In this document: positions 1 to 10,521 of the stretch, piece by piece
Layout of the letters: every line of letters begins with the position of its first letter
How positions within the stretch are numbered: the stretch's first letter is position 1
Assembly: GCF_964355755.1 (NCBI RefSeq)
Contig: NC_092672.1
Location: 24,317,237-24,381,236 of the forward strand
DNA from: Antedon mediterranea
Lineage: Eukaryota > Animalia > Echinodermata
DNA length: 64,000 bases
Reading direction: 5' to 3'
The notes under the pieces: generated by a model
The model's database searches: none
What the model was told of the DNA's origin: nothing
The model's input: the letters and a program-made list of their open reading frames with translations, nothing else
Translations under genes and position numbers: made by a program

Positions 1-98
1 CTAAATAACTCTTTTGTTTATTGTTTTAATTGTAGGAACTGAACTTTGGTGAAACTGGTGGATATCCAATCTATGCAACTGTACAATGTGCTAATTAG

Positions 99-258
99 TC
101 ATGGAATTTTGGGATATTTAAAGCCTACATATTGTTGCGCAGGAAATGCATTCCTAATAGTTGACACTACGCAAGACGGAAGTATTTTTCTTTTGCCCTT
201 CCCAAGTAGCTTCCATATCCAAGTTGTAAACCTCCGGTAGGCAACATGGCGATATAGT
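99..258 (-). pseudogene. KolX / P2X7 C-terminal ballast-like protein, last exon
   Basis: Acceptor ttttcag, then LYRHVAYRRFTTWIWKLLGKGKRKILPSCVVSTIRNAFP...YVGFK*, matching the R-x-x-AYR...W...LG...R..LPSC-V-V...IR..FP motif of the P2X7 ballast/KolX family. Confidence 0.85.
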
Positions 259-519
259 CTGAAAACATAAAGAAAATTGTGATTAGTTAACAAAATAAAT
301 TTACCATCTTTAATGTCTCATTACAAGACAAGAAGTTGCATTGTTTTTATGGAAACTTGCCGGACCTTTGGGTCGGTAGTTGGTTTATTGAATTTGTTAA
401 TTTAATGTTGTCAGTTTTGTCATTAAAAATCTGATTTCCACTACAATACTGTTATACTTACAAACTGTTTCGTAATTAATTTCAGCGTTAATTCAAATAT
501 AGTATTTTATCAAACTTAC

Positions 520-729
520 TGATTCACTGGAGTCATCGTCAAATGGACCTTCCTGTTTAACATAATGCCAGAAGGACACTTCAAGAACATCGCGGTCCAG
601 ACAGTTGTTTTTTAACCCAGTATGCTGTATGCATCCAACCGCTCTCCCATTTTCTCTACTATCTCCTCTGTCTCATAACAACATACAGACTCAACAGCAG
701 TTGTTGCTGTACAATGTGAGCACTTGCAC
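520..729 (-). pseudogene. KolX / P2X7 ballast-like protein, Cys-rich middle exon (frameshifted)
   Basis: atgcag|G-TGC-AAG-TGC gives (W)CKCSHC...ESVCCYE; after a frameshift near 640 it reads GCIQHTGLKNNCLDRDVLEVSFWHYVKQEG; ends at a gtaagt donor. Confidence 0.8.
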
Positions 730-1955
730 CTGCATAGAATCAACATTACAGCACTCAAATATATACTATATACTGTTACTATACTAATTAATAGATGAAA
801 ATCAATATAAGCAAGGTCCTCCCAATCCCACCAAAAAAGCCCCAAACAAAAGCTAGGCTTCTGTAGCTAGCCTAGTAGAAATAGAATAAAGCCTATTACT
901 GTGGCTAGCCTATTGGCCTTAGTATTATAGAGTGTAGCAGGCCTATAATTACGAAAAAATAATTACATTTTATTACAGTAAATATACTCAAAGGCTTATT
1001 AAAATCAACAAATTTGATCCAAAACAAAATGTCTTTCCCACCACCTTCCTCGCTGACCGCATATGTATGGCCGTGATTTGTTTTTTTTTTTTGTGTTGTC
1101 CGATGCAGTCGGCGGGGGTAGAATCACAATTGTGAAAAGGCTACACAGTGGGACAGCCAGTCGACAAATCGTGTCAAATTTCGACTCGGAGAGGGCGCCC
1201 TACTTTTCTAATTTAGTTCAAGATTGCTAAATTTTAGGGTGTTGGAAAAACACAATATTTGTAAATTTAGCTGATTATCGGAAAAATATTGTTAGTGAAA
1301 TAAATTCATAAATGGTTTTAATATACTGTCATGTAAAATTAAATGTATTTGAACAAAACGATAATCTGTAATTTAACGGCAAAATCAACCAATGTCTTTT
1401 TTTCGAAATTGTACCCTAGAAAATCATTAAAATAAAATATTTAGAAAAATTGAACAGTCCTGAATTTAAAATCCCTGTTAGAAAAATTAATAATCTACAG
1501 AATACGATATTAAGATACAAAATTCGGTGGTTGGGATGCAGCTCCGACTATTCAAACTAAAGGTACCACTATTTGTTCCTTCGAAAACTAGCAAAACCGC
1601 CATTTTGTAAACACATCGTCATCGTGTTTATGAATTTATTTATATCGAACGATATACGCGATGTTTATAATTGTCCGCGTATAAGAATTCATATAAATAA
1701 ATACATTCCAATACAACGTATATTATTACAGTACTTGTTTATTTATCACAGTATACATTTTAGTTGAGGAATATTTATCATAACTATTATAATAGCTTTT
1801 ATACGAGTCCGAGGCCTAGCCCTATTAGCGACCGATTGTTCCAGGGGCGGAAAGTCACTTAGTGACGTTGTGATCGGGCGCGTCGGGCCTAGCTAATATT
1901 AATAATATGATAATATAAGTAGTTCTTTGATAGTAAACCAATAAAACTTACGTTG

Positions 1956-1999
1956 GCAAGACAGTTTCGTCTAGCTGTCAGCTTGACTTCTTCAGTTGC
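1956..1999 (-). ncRNA. Minimal type I hammerhead ribozyme (inverted-arm copy)
   Basis: Reverse complement of 3204-3247. Confidence 0.85.
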
Positions 2000-2008
2000 T
2001 ATGATGCG

Positions 2009-2694
2009 TTATGGCGCCGATTGGTCTCCTTTCCAGCCACTAGATGATTTTGTTGTGTAGCCTAGGGGACCAGTCGTCGTCAGAAGCTGATCGTAAATGT
2101 GAGATAGTTGGTGCGCGCCTTCGTCTCTATTCATCTTTGTATTTTTATTTTGCTTTCTTATGCTGATGCTTTCTTTAATTTTACGTTTAAGCCAAACTTG
2201 TTCTTTGTGTAGTACCTCTATCTTATCCCAGTTAGGTATGTGGTTGTGTAATGGTCATATGGTCCGTGATTGCTGATTTATGTAAAATGGAGGACGAAAC
2301 TTTCCGTGATGCACGCGTCTGCATGTTCTGTGTATTATCCTCAACATCTTTCTTGTGCTCTTTAATTCTGGTTTTGAGTGCCCTACCCGTTTCTCCAATG
2401 TACACCATCTCACAGTTGGTGCACCCCACTTTGTAGACGACACCACAGGAATCCTCTTTGCATGCTTTATCTTTCGGTCGGACGATTAAGTTTTTAATTT
2501 TGTTAGATGGTTTAAAGTATGTTCGTATGTTATATTTTTTAAATGTTCTCTTGATTTTCTCTGACAGGCCTTAAATATATGGGATGGATATCGACCCTCT
2601 TATATCTTCTGTTTCGGGTTGTTTGTCCGTTTTTTGTTTATCTAGGTTACGTTGTACCTTTCTAATCGTCCATGTAGGGTAGTTGCATTGTTTA
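2009..2694 (-). pseudogene. Penelope RT-linker plus GIY-YIG endonuclease fragment
   Basis: IPYI*GLSE...CGVVYKVGCTNCEMVYIGETGRALKTRIKEHKKD...KSAITDH...KIKESISI...MNRDEG; one stop and one frameshift. Confidence 0.9.
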
Positions 2695-2695
2695 G

Positions 2696-3194
2696 TACTT
2701 GGACTTTAACTCACATCATCCTCTACAACACAAGTTATCCGTTATCCGCACACTTCTACACAGATGTAACACGATAATCACAAATAATGCAGACAAACAG
2801 AACGAAACTGAGATGATACATACTTCACTTAAACAATGCAACTACCCTACATGGACGATTAGAAAGGTACACACAGAACATGCAGACGCGTGCATCACGG
2901 AAAGTTTCGTCCTCCATTTTACATAAATCAGCAATCACGGACCATATGACCACACACAACCACATACCTAACTGGGATAAGATAGAGGTACTACACAAAG
3001 AACAAGTTTGGCTTAAACGTAAAATTAAAGAAAGCATCAGCATAAGAAAGCAAAATAAAAATACAAAGATGAATAGAGACGAAGGCGCGCACCAACTATC
3101 TCACATTTACGATCAGCTTCTGACGACGACTGGTCCCCTAGGCTACACAACAAAATCATCTAGTGGCTGGAAAGGAGACCAATCGGCGCCATAA
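2696..3194 (+). pseudogene. Penelope RT C-terminus fused to endonuclease C-terminus; GIY-YIG core deleted
   Basis: YLDFNSHHPLQHKLSVIRTLLHRC...LKQCNYP, then a jump at about 2870 to QTRASRK...KIKESISIRK...NRDEG. Confidence 0.85.
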
Positions 3195-3203
3195 CGCATC
3201 ATA

Positions 3204-3247
3204 GCAACTGAAGAAGTCAAGCTGACAGCTAGACGAAACTGTCTTGC
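3204..3247 (+). ncRNA. Minimal type I hammerhead ribozyme (Penelope-associated)
   Basis: GCAA-CTGAAGA-A-GTC(AAGCTGACAGCTA)GAC-GAAA-CT-GTC-TTGC: CUGANGA and GAAA cores, stem II, GUC cleavage triplet, stem I GCAA/TTGC. Confidence 0.85.
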
Positions 3248-4600
3248 CAACGTAAGTTTTATTGGTTTACTATCAAAGAACTACTTATATTATTATACGA
3301 ATCGAAACCAGAAGAAATGTTTTCATTATTAATAATATGACCTGAAATAAGCGGCTAACAAGAACTGGTATATAGTTGCTTACAATGGTTTTGTTATTGA
3401 TAAACAAACAAGCAATTAGATTGAATAACAAATTATTTATTCATTTTTTTTGGGTAAAAACATGTACAAACTAGTACTGTATAATATAAATTATAATAAT
3501 ATAATACAGTAGTAATATTAAACTAATACAGTATTATAAAATATAAAATAGGCCTAACATACAATAAATATTCAATTTTTAAGGTCTACCACATGACAAT
3601 AACATAATTTACAGAGTATAGTGTAGTAGGTTTGCATTCAACATAAATATTTGTATTCATCTAAATCCTCTGCAACATACATTTATATTTGTAATTCAAC
3701 ATTTTGTTTTAAATAATTAAATTATAGTTTGGGTATGACAATGTCGGTAGGTACCGGTGTCATCTTTTTATCCACTTCACTCTCAGTTTGAAGTCACAAA
3801 GACAAAGAACTCTGCGTCATCAACAATTCCTGAAAGTATCAGAAAAAATAATAAATATTATTTAAAAAAAATGTTAATGTCTGGTTGTATATATAATTAT
3901 AATATTATATGATGACATAAAAGTAAGGCAAATGGAAGCTGTATTTTATTATTATTAATTAAATTACAGTATTTACTATTATTATTTATATAATCTAGGC
4001 CTACTAGTACTAGTAGCCTGCTAGGCATCTATTGAGCCTAATAAATCAAATAATAAATGAAAAATAAAATAATGATATTAATACTGATTGAAAAAAAGTA
4101 TTTTTTTTGCGGGGATCAGATCACCAGGCTAGGCCGGCCAGGACCAATGATACTCGTAATCAGTACAACTTAACGACTATCGGATCAGCATCAACACAGT
4201 ACCAACACACGTCTCGCTATCGCCTATCTATACTGACACACGTGTCTCGCGTTGCCGAAACCACGCTCACAGCTAGAAAATGTACCTACCTTTCGAGGCC
4301 TGAGAATACACCAACAAATTTTGAACAAGATAGGAATATATCATACTCGATTAAACTAATATTATTCTTGATAAAACATTTGATTATAATTGTTTTAATT
4401 CGTTGGGATGCACCTCCGACTATTCAGAAAATGGACAACAAAACAGTAGTCAAATCGTACCCAGCGTTGCCAGCGATAAAATTTAAATTATGCCGTATCC
4501 TGTCTCAAATAATGCCAGATTGGGAAAAATAATGCCAGATCCCCAAAATGTGGCGCTAAACAGCGCCACCAACGGTTGTATGTCTAATAAACGTAAAAAC

Positions 4601-4635
4601 CAAAGATAGTGTAGTAGTCTACTACACTATCTTTG
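4601..4635. repeat. 35-bp perfect palindrome, possible micro-MITE
   Basis: CAAAGATAGTGTAGTAG-T-CTACTACACTATCTTTG flanked by GTAAAAAC and GTAAAACC. Confidence 0.7.
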
Positions 4636-4819
4636 GTAAAACCTCAACTGACACAAAATAGGGCCTAAAATTGTATCCCCATGTCGTACAAAATTTATAT
4701 TTTTAGTTTTGTGAGTAATAACTAATAATTCTAAATATCTGGGGTGCGAAAATGGTAATTGCAAATGCAAATGACACCAACCCCCACCCCCCCCCCCCCT
4801 AAAAAAAAAAAAAAAACAG

Positions 4820-5650
4820 CCATGGAAATTTATAATTTTTGAGCTGAAATATGAGAGCTGCTCGATGGCCGGGATCTTTGCACTTAATTTAAAAAATAAA
4901 AGGATCTTATAGCCACCATAATTAGAAAATGGAAATTATCATTTAAAATAGGAAATAAAAAAAATTATTTTGAGTGTCTCCAGGACCTCAGCCCCACCAT
5001 GGTTGATAAGAAAATTTGGAAAAATGCAGCTACTCGATGGCCAGAAATGGCACTTAATTTAAAATATGAAATAAAAATATATAGACGTGTCTCCATGATC
5101 TTAGCCCACCATAGTTCGAAAATGGCAATTATAATTTAAAATAGGAAATCAAAATATATATTAATTGTGTCTCCAGGACCTCATGGTTGGGGCTGAGGTA
5201 AGAAAATTTGAAAAAATAGAGCTGCTCAATGGCCGGAAATGGCAATTAATTTCAAATATAAAATAAATTTATTAGTACCTCCAGGATCTTAGCCCATGAT
5301 AGTTTTGAAAGTGCCAATTATAATTTAAAATAGGAAATAAAAAAATATATTAAGTGTTTCCAGGACCTCAACCCCACCATGGTTGGGGCTGAGGTAAAAC
5401 AAATTGGAATAATAGAGCTGCTAGATGGCCGGAAATTGCACTTAATTTTAAATAAAAATGTACAAGAGTCCCTAGGACCTCGCCCCATCATGGTCACTGA
5501 GAGGTGAAGAACATTTGGAAATATAGGGTTGCTACGACGATGCAATGGAACATAATTTGAAATATCGAAAACAAAATCTCTAGAAGAAATTCTTTTTAAA
5601 ATTAGAGCTTCTAGTTACCGGAAATTGCCATTTTAAGGGTTGGGGTAGGG
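4820..5650. repeat. Degenerate tandem repeat inside the hAT
   Basis: Recurrent GAGCTGCT..ATGGCCGGAAATGGCACTTAATTT and CCAGGACCTCAGCCCCACCATGGTTG motifs. Confidence 0.7.
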
Positions 5651-6657
5651 GTGTGGCCGCTTATAATTATGAACTGAAAAAACAAAACCCCTTTCATAAT
5701 GTGTTTTTGTTCAATTGTCTCTATATCTGGGGATCCAATAACCTGCATGGTCTCTGAAATAGAGCAACATAATTGGCCAATAGGTAGCCTCTTCGGATTT
5801 GTTGTGCTGCCTATATCGCACACACGGTAGTTTTCGAGCAGCCTTCCTATCCGAAGAGCCGATTAAGTCCGAAACGAAAGGATGGAAGAACTATTGTACG
5901 GAAAACCCGAACAGATCTGTTTTGTACGATATGATATTGCGTAAGGTGATATGTATTAACAAAATATTTTATTTTTGTTCTGTGGTGTATTATTTTTTTG
6001 GCTGTTCAAAAAACACAAAATTATGCCAGATTATGCTAAAAACGGCTAAATAATGCCGCGGCATTATGCCAGATGCCGTGGGCCTCCGAATAATGCCAAA
6101 AAGCATAATAATGCCAGAAATGGCAACTATGATCGTACCACATTTATAAATTTCACGAGTCCCGACTTCAGTCGCCGAATGTATTGTATTAGCTTCGGTT
6201 TCTTTGAAGGAAACCGATTGGTTATTCAATAATACTTATTAGGAAATGCTTTTACCATAATAGGTAATGTTGGGCGGTTTTTAAATATTCATGAGAGCTT
6301 AAAATAAAACAGCACTTATTTGCTAGGCGACGAAAAATCGTGGTTTCAGTTTTCAACGATAGGTGGCGCTTCAAAATCGTCAATGCGGAAGTAAGTCGAT
6401 TTTACACGATTTAACGGTCAAAACGCGAAGTGGCTTTCCCACTGTACAAATACTAACGAATAATAAAGTATTAAAATGATTTTATTATAAAAAACAGAAA
6501 TAAGGAAGATTTAAAGACTGTTTTACGATCGGTATTTAAACACTAACAAATATAACGTAGGCCTAGGCCGCGCCTATGACGGAGCCGATGCTAGCTAATT
6601 GATAGGCAACAGTAGCCTCCCGAGCCCGCTCCTCCCGAGTAGCCTATTTAAACATAC

Positions 6658-6815
6658 CATGTTCAATTTCCTTCTCTTTCCTCCCTTCCTTCTGCCTCAA
6701 CATCGTCTTCTTCTTCCTCATCGTCATTTTCAAATTCCCCAGCCTTTCTCAAAGGCTCATATTGGTATGGCTGAATTTCTAACGGAAAAGTTTCTTCTTC
6801 GGAATCGGAATACAT
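6658..6815 (-). pseudogene. KolX / P2X7 ballast-like protein, first exon (in-frame stop)
   Basis: MYSDSEEETFPLEIQPYQYEPLRK, an acidic tract, then REGN*T-TG|gtatgt. The split Trp codon TG|G joins the exon at 729 in phase. QPYxxEP plus acidic tract is typical of this family. Confidence 0.75.
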
Positions 6816-7871
6816 TTTGCGAGGATTGGCTTTTTCATGTACTCATCCAGCGTGATCGTTTTCAGGGAAGATAGCTAAACCCGATATGACGTCACGACTG
6901 TAAAGTTAATGAGTTGGCTCTAAACGCTGACTGGTCAGAAAAATCGTATTTTCAAACGTCGATTTTAGCGGTAAAAATTGCATAAAAAATTTCAAAAACC
7001 CTAATATATATTTTATTATACCTAAACAATCATCACAAATACTCAAATAGGTGTTGACATTTCTGCTTTAAGCTTACTACATGGGTTAAGGACCATTCCA
7101 TTAAATTTTTGGACCATTTGGGACCATAGTCCAAATTCTGGACCACTTTTTAGTATACTTTTCAGACCTGCAAGTGTTAAAAGATAGGACAGAATTTTTC
7201 AAAAGCCGGCGAGCAGTCTTAAAGTAACAAGTAAACTAAAATTGCATTTTCTCGAGAACTACTTGTCCAAAAAACTTTATTTTTGTACAAGAGGCAAGAG
7301 TTAAAATTTGTGATTTGTAATTTTAAAACATAATTTAATTTAATGTGCACCTTTTTTGATGCGAGTAGTTTAAAAAACCTATTTCTTTTCAAATTCACTC
7401 GTTTGATTTTCGCATTGCTGTTCTATTGTTAGTCAACTGAAGCTATTGTTAATTGAAAAGCTTGTTACAAACCAGACCAAACTCGCATACACATGCTTGT
7501 AGTGAAATTAGCCTAAATCACAAACAGTATTAAGACACACACAAATATATATATATATATATTTATTTTTTCCCGGCGAAATCTTATGTAGGAGAATTTT
7601 ACAGTAGGCGGATAGGTATGCATTTTGGACAAAATTGTTTAAAATATTGTAAGTTTATGAGATTAAAAGATCTTATTGAGATAGAAATTCAATCATAAAA
7701 GTACCAATAAATATTCAAATAATATTTTCATTTTTGTAACTGAACAAACAAAAAATGGCCACCATTATGCCCAAAATGCTGCAATTTTATCCAATATGAC
7801 AACCAATTTATCTAAAATGGCCACATATATCAAATATTTAGGAAGCTACTTTCTAAGATATCACTCCTTAA

Positions 7872-9261
7872 AGTGGAGCTACACTCAGACTTTCTCAGCT
7901 TATATTATGTTTAAGTATGTTTAATTGAAAGTGATTACATAAAAAAAACCAGGAAAAATACGGAAATATTTTCCAAAAACTCATTTCTAAAAAATCGGTC
8001 AGAAAATAGTGTTTTTTAACAAATTACAGTTTTTCAGTAACTTAGGGGTTATTAGTTTACAATACGTCGCGAAACACGTTACACTTAGCGACTGACGCGT
8101 TTTAGTCGCTGGTCAACGCATTGTGGAAATTTCTTCCCTTTGGTAAATTATGTGTCGAAAAATTGGGAATAAATTTTATACACACAATTAATACGATTTG
8201 TTTAGGCCTAAGTAATATTTCCGATAAGAATGTCAGTATAATTTACATGTAACCTCATGATTTTCACTGTACAACAACATTATAATCTTATCAGATTGCT
8301 TTTAACTTTAAGCTAGGGCTAGGCCTAGCTAAGCCGTCTGCTCAGCCTAGCTAGGCTTGAATTTTTGTCTAGAGGCCTATGTATTCATAGGCATGGTCGT
8401 TTCGCCCCATTTATCGTTCCTGGGTTTTCTCGCATATTAAGAACTGTGAAACACAAAATCCTATACAGAACAAGAGTAGTAAAGAATAGTAAAGCGATGT
8501 GCAAGCTTAGACCTGACTGAAAAGCAACTATTCAGGCACCCTATCATGGCCCATGGGTAGGCCAAGGTCGGGTGACAGCAAAACAAACTTCACTGCTGTC
8601 AGCCTAGCCTAGCTAGAGGCCAAGCCACTAAGCAGCATCGGTACATACCTACACTCTAGTAGGCCTAGGCCTAGCTTTATTGAATATATAGCCACATCTT
8701 TCTCAAATCTCGTTAAATTTGACATTTTAGTAATAGTCTCATAATCACATTATTACACTGTGAAACATAATAGGGTCACATTCAGAATGTTTTAATATAC
8801 TTTTCGCCCGTCAAAAATAACATCGCGACAAAATAACAGATCGCCAGCTGCAGTAGTGTGTGATTGTGAAAAATGTCACGTGATCGGACTCCCTAGCAAA
8901 ATAAAAAAACCCAATTGGACCCGAACGGGGGAAAGTGTCTATTTACGCAAAATTGCGCAATGTATACGTGATAAAAATACCAGAAATAGAAAGATCTGGA
9001 AAAATTACATAAATATACATTTTACTTTTTTTTTTTTGGTGAAGAAATGAATTTTTTAGGATTATTCAAATATACCCCCCTTTTGCATGTAAAAGAATAG
9101 GAAATTACAAGGTATCCCCCCAAAACGCAAAAAGGCGTGATTTTCAAGAAAATCGTACTCATTGAAAAAAATTTCAAAAAAATATGAAGTATAAGGGATG
9201 ATATTTTTAAATAATAGTTGAAATGTATGAAAAATAGTAATTTTCTGGGTGGAGCTCCACT
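7872..9261. mobile_element. Non-autonomous Kolobok element
   Basis: TTAA|AGTGGAGCTACACTCAGA ... TCTGGGTGGAGCTCCACT|TTAA; 16 of 18 bp TIR match with TTAA TSD. Confidence 0.88.
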
Positions 9262-9833
9262 TTAAAAATGGCAAAATCTTCAAAATTATCTATAAAATTT
9301 GTAAAAAATCACACTTTTTTAAGCTTCCTCAATAAAAACCTTTTTAAGATTACAACTACCAAATTTCATATGCTGTTTACCAACCATTTTAAGAAGTCAT
9401 ACAGAAAATATAAACATGGTACTGTATTGTATGTGAATTATTTATGAAGATAGTGCATCTCAAAATCCCAAAAAGTCTCAAATTGACTAAATAATCTAAA
9501 TTTTTCAGTTTTTCTCACATACAGAATACGCAGATTTTGAATTTTAGATATGTGTTTACAATCCACTTGACTACCCACATGGTAAATATAATAACACTTG
9601 GTCAAGTATTAATTTGTAAAGTTATTACTACGTAAAAATTGGTCCAGACCTAAAAAAGGCTATAATTGCAGGGCTATAATTGCTCGAAATTGACTGGATA
9701 TTTTGTGGTGAACTTTTGATATAGTATGGATAACATATTTCTTTCACAATATCAACTTTCAAAATGTAGACCCTGAACGTCGAACAAAATTAATTTTCTA
9801 GGCCTTTTTTCAGCTACTGCTTATGGCCTAAAA

Positions 9834-10272
9834 TTAATTTTGAGAAGGAATTGCATTATATATAGCATTTGTGTGTTCTGCCATTGTCAGAAATATTTTA
9901 AAATGTGTTTCAAAAATATTACTTGCTAATTTATATTTATTATGGGTTAATTGAATTGGTGTAATTTTGAATTCATTATGGATTTCAAGATCATCAAAGA
10001 ATAAGTTGTATTTAAGATCTAGAGAGCTAGTAGAAAACAATTCCCAGAACATGGATAGATTATTATTGTTTAGTTCATCTTTAAGTGTATGAGTATTGGT
10101 TGTCTTTATGCATAAGTCGTTTGCATTCAAATACGAAATGATATACAGTTTCCTTTTCATTACAATTACACAATAAACATATACATGTATTTTGAGGTGA
10201 CCATGCTTCTTTTCTACCTTCAAGTGGTAGTGAATTTGAGCTGAATTTTAGGCTTGAAGCATGGTAATACAC
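9834..10272 (-). mobile_element. Decayed 3' end of a non-LTR retrotransposon ORF2
   Basis: LPLEGRK...CICLLCNCNEKETVYHFVFECK matches the C-terminal CCHC knuckle of LINE ORF2; frameshifted. Confidence 0.6.
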
Positions 10273-10365
10273 TTATCTAATAGATTTTTTTTTCTAATTT
10301 TGGTCTCTATTCACTTATTATTACATAGGCAAATTACATTTGTTGTTTGTTTTTCTTTATTATAG

Positions 10366-10521
10366 GAATCTTTTAAACAACTTTGGAGTGATTTAAATGA
10401 CGGTAAATTAGATCAAAGACTGTTGCAGCATATATGGAAGGATGAGTCAAAAGAGATGATTGACTTCTTTGTGTCTCTCATGCAAACTTTTGGGTTAATG
10501 TGTGAAAAAAGAAGTAAAAAG
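10366..10521 (+). CDS. COR-like exon
   Basis: tatag|ESFKQLWSDLNDGKLDQRLLQHIWKDESKEMIDFFVSLMQTFGLMCEKRSKK|gt; 156 nt, phase 0-0. Confidence 0.78.

Larger units (their letters stand above)
1911..3326. mobile_element. Penelope-like retroelement, 5'-truncated, inverted two-arm structure
   Basis: 14-bp TSD TATTAATAATATGA (1897-1910, 3327-3340), with the empty site seen in the sister copy near 42860. Minus arm 1911-2694 and plus arm 2696-3326; GIY-YIG coding; hammerheads in both arms. Confidence 0.92.
4462..6131. mobile_element. Non-autonomous hAT transposon
   Basis: Ends CAGCGTTGCCA and TGGCAACTATG; 8-bp TSD ATCGTACC (4454-4461, 6132-6139); TAATGCCAGA subterminal repeats; empty site in the sister copy near 41771. 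Confidence 0.9.
1146..6444. mobile_element. Non-autonomous TIR DNA transposon with 4-bp TSD (superfamily uncertain), carrying two nested insertions
   Basis: Ends CAGTGGGACAGCCA and TGGCTTTCCCACTG; TSD TACA at 1142-1145 and 6445-6448. An uninterrupted inverted sister copy lies at 41466-43619. Confidence 0.85.
1..7067 (-). mobile_element. Kolobok-type DNA transposon, one terminus; continues beyond the left edge
   Basis: End reads GACATTTCTGCT|TTAA (reverse complement TTAA|AGCAGAAATGTC), an AG terminus next to TTAA (7068-7071). A KolX-like gene starts about 250 bp inside it. The other end and the transposase are not in the window. Confidence 0.65.

Noticed and set aside
99-293. A true P2RX7 receptor gene
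   Set aside because: Only the ballast-like domain is present, with its own start exon next to a Kolobok terminus; no channel exons.
1144-1152. CACAGTG resembling a V(D)J RSS heptamer or Transib/ProtoRAG terminus
   Set aside because: The leading CA belongs to the TACA TSD. The other three ends of this family begin at CAGTGGG, and there is no 5-bp TSD or RAG-like ORF.
4107-4532. 141-aa ORF and its counterpart at 41718-41990
   Set aside because: It crosses a hAT insertion junction, has no recognisable motif, and the frame is not conserved upstream in the sister copy.
7086-9830. Zator-like element hosting the Kolobok MITE
   Set aside because: Candidate GG..CC ends (GGACCATTCC and CTTATGGCC) do not match well enough to call TIRs.
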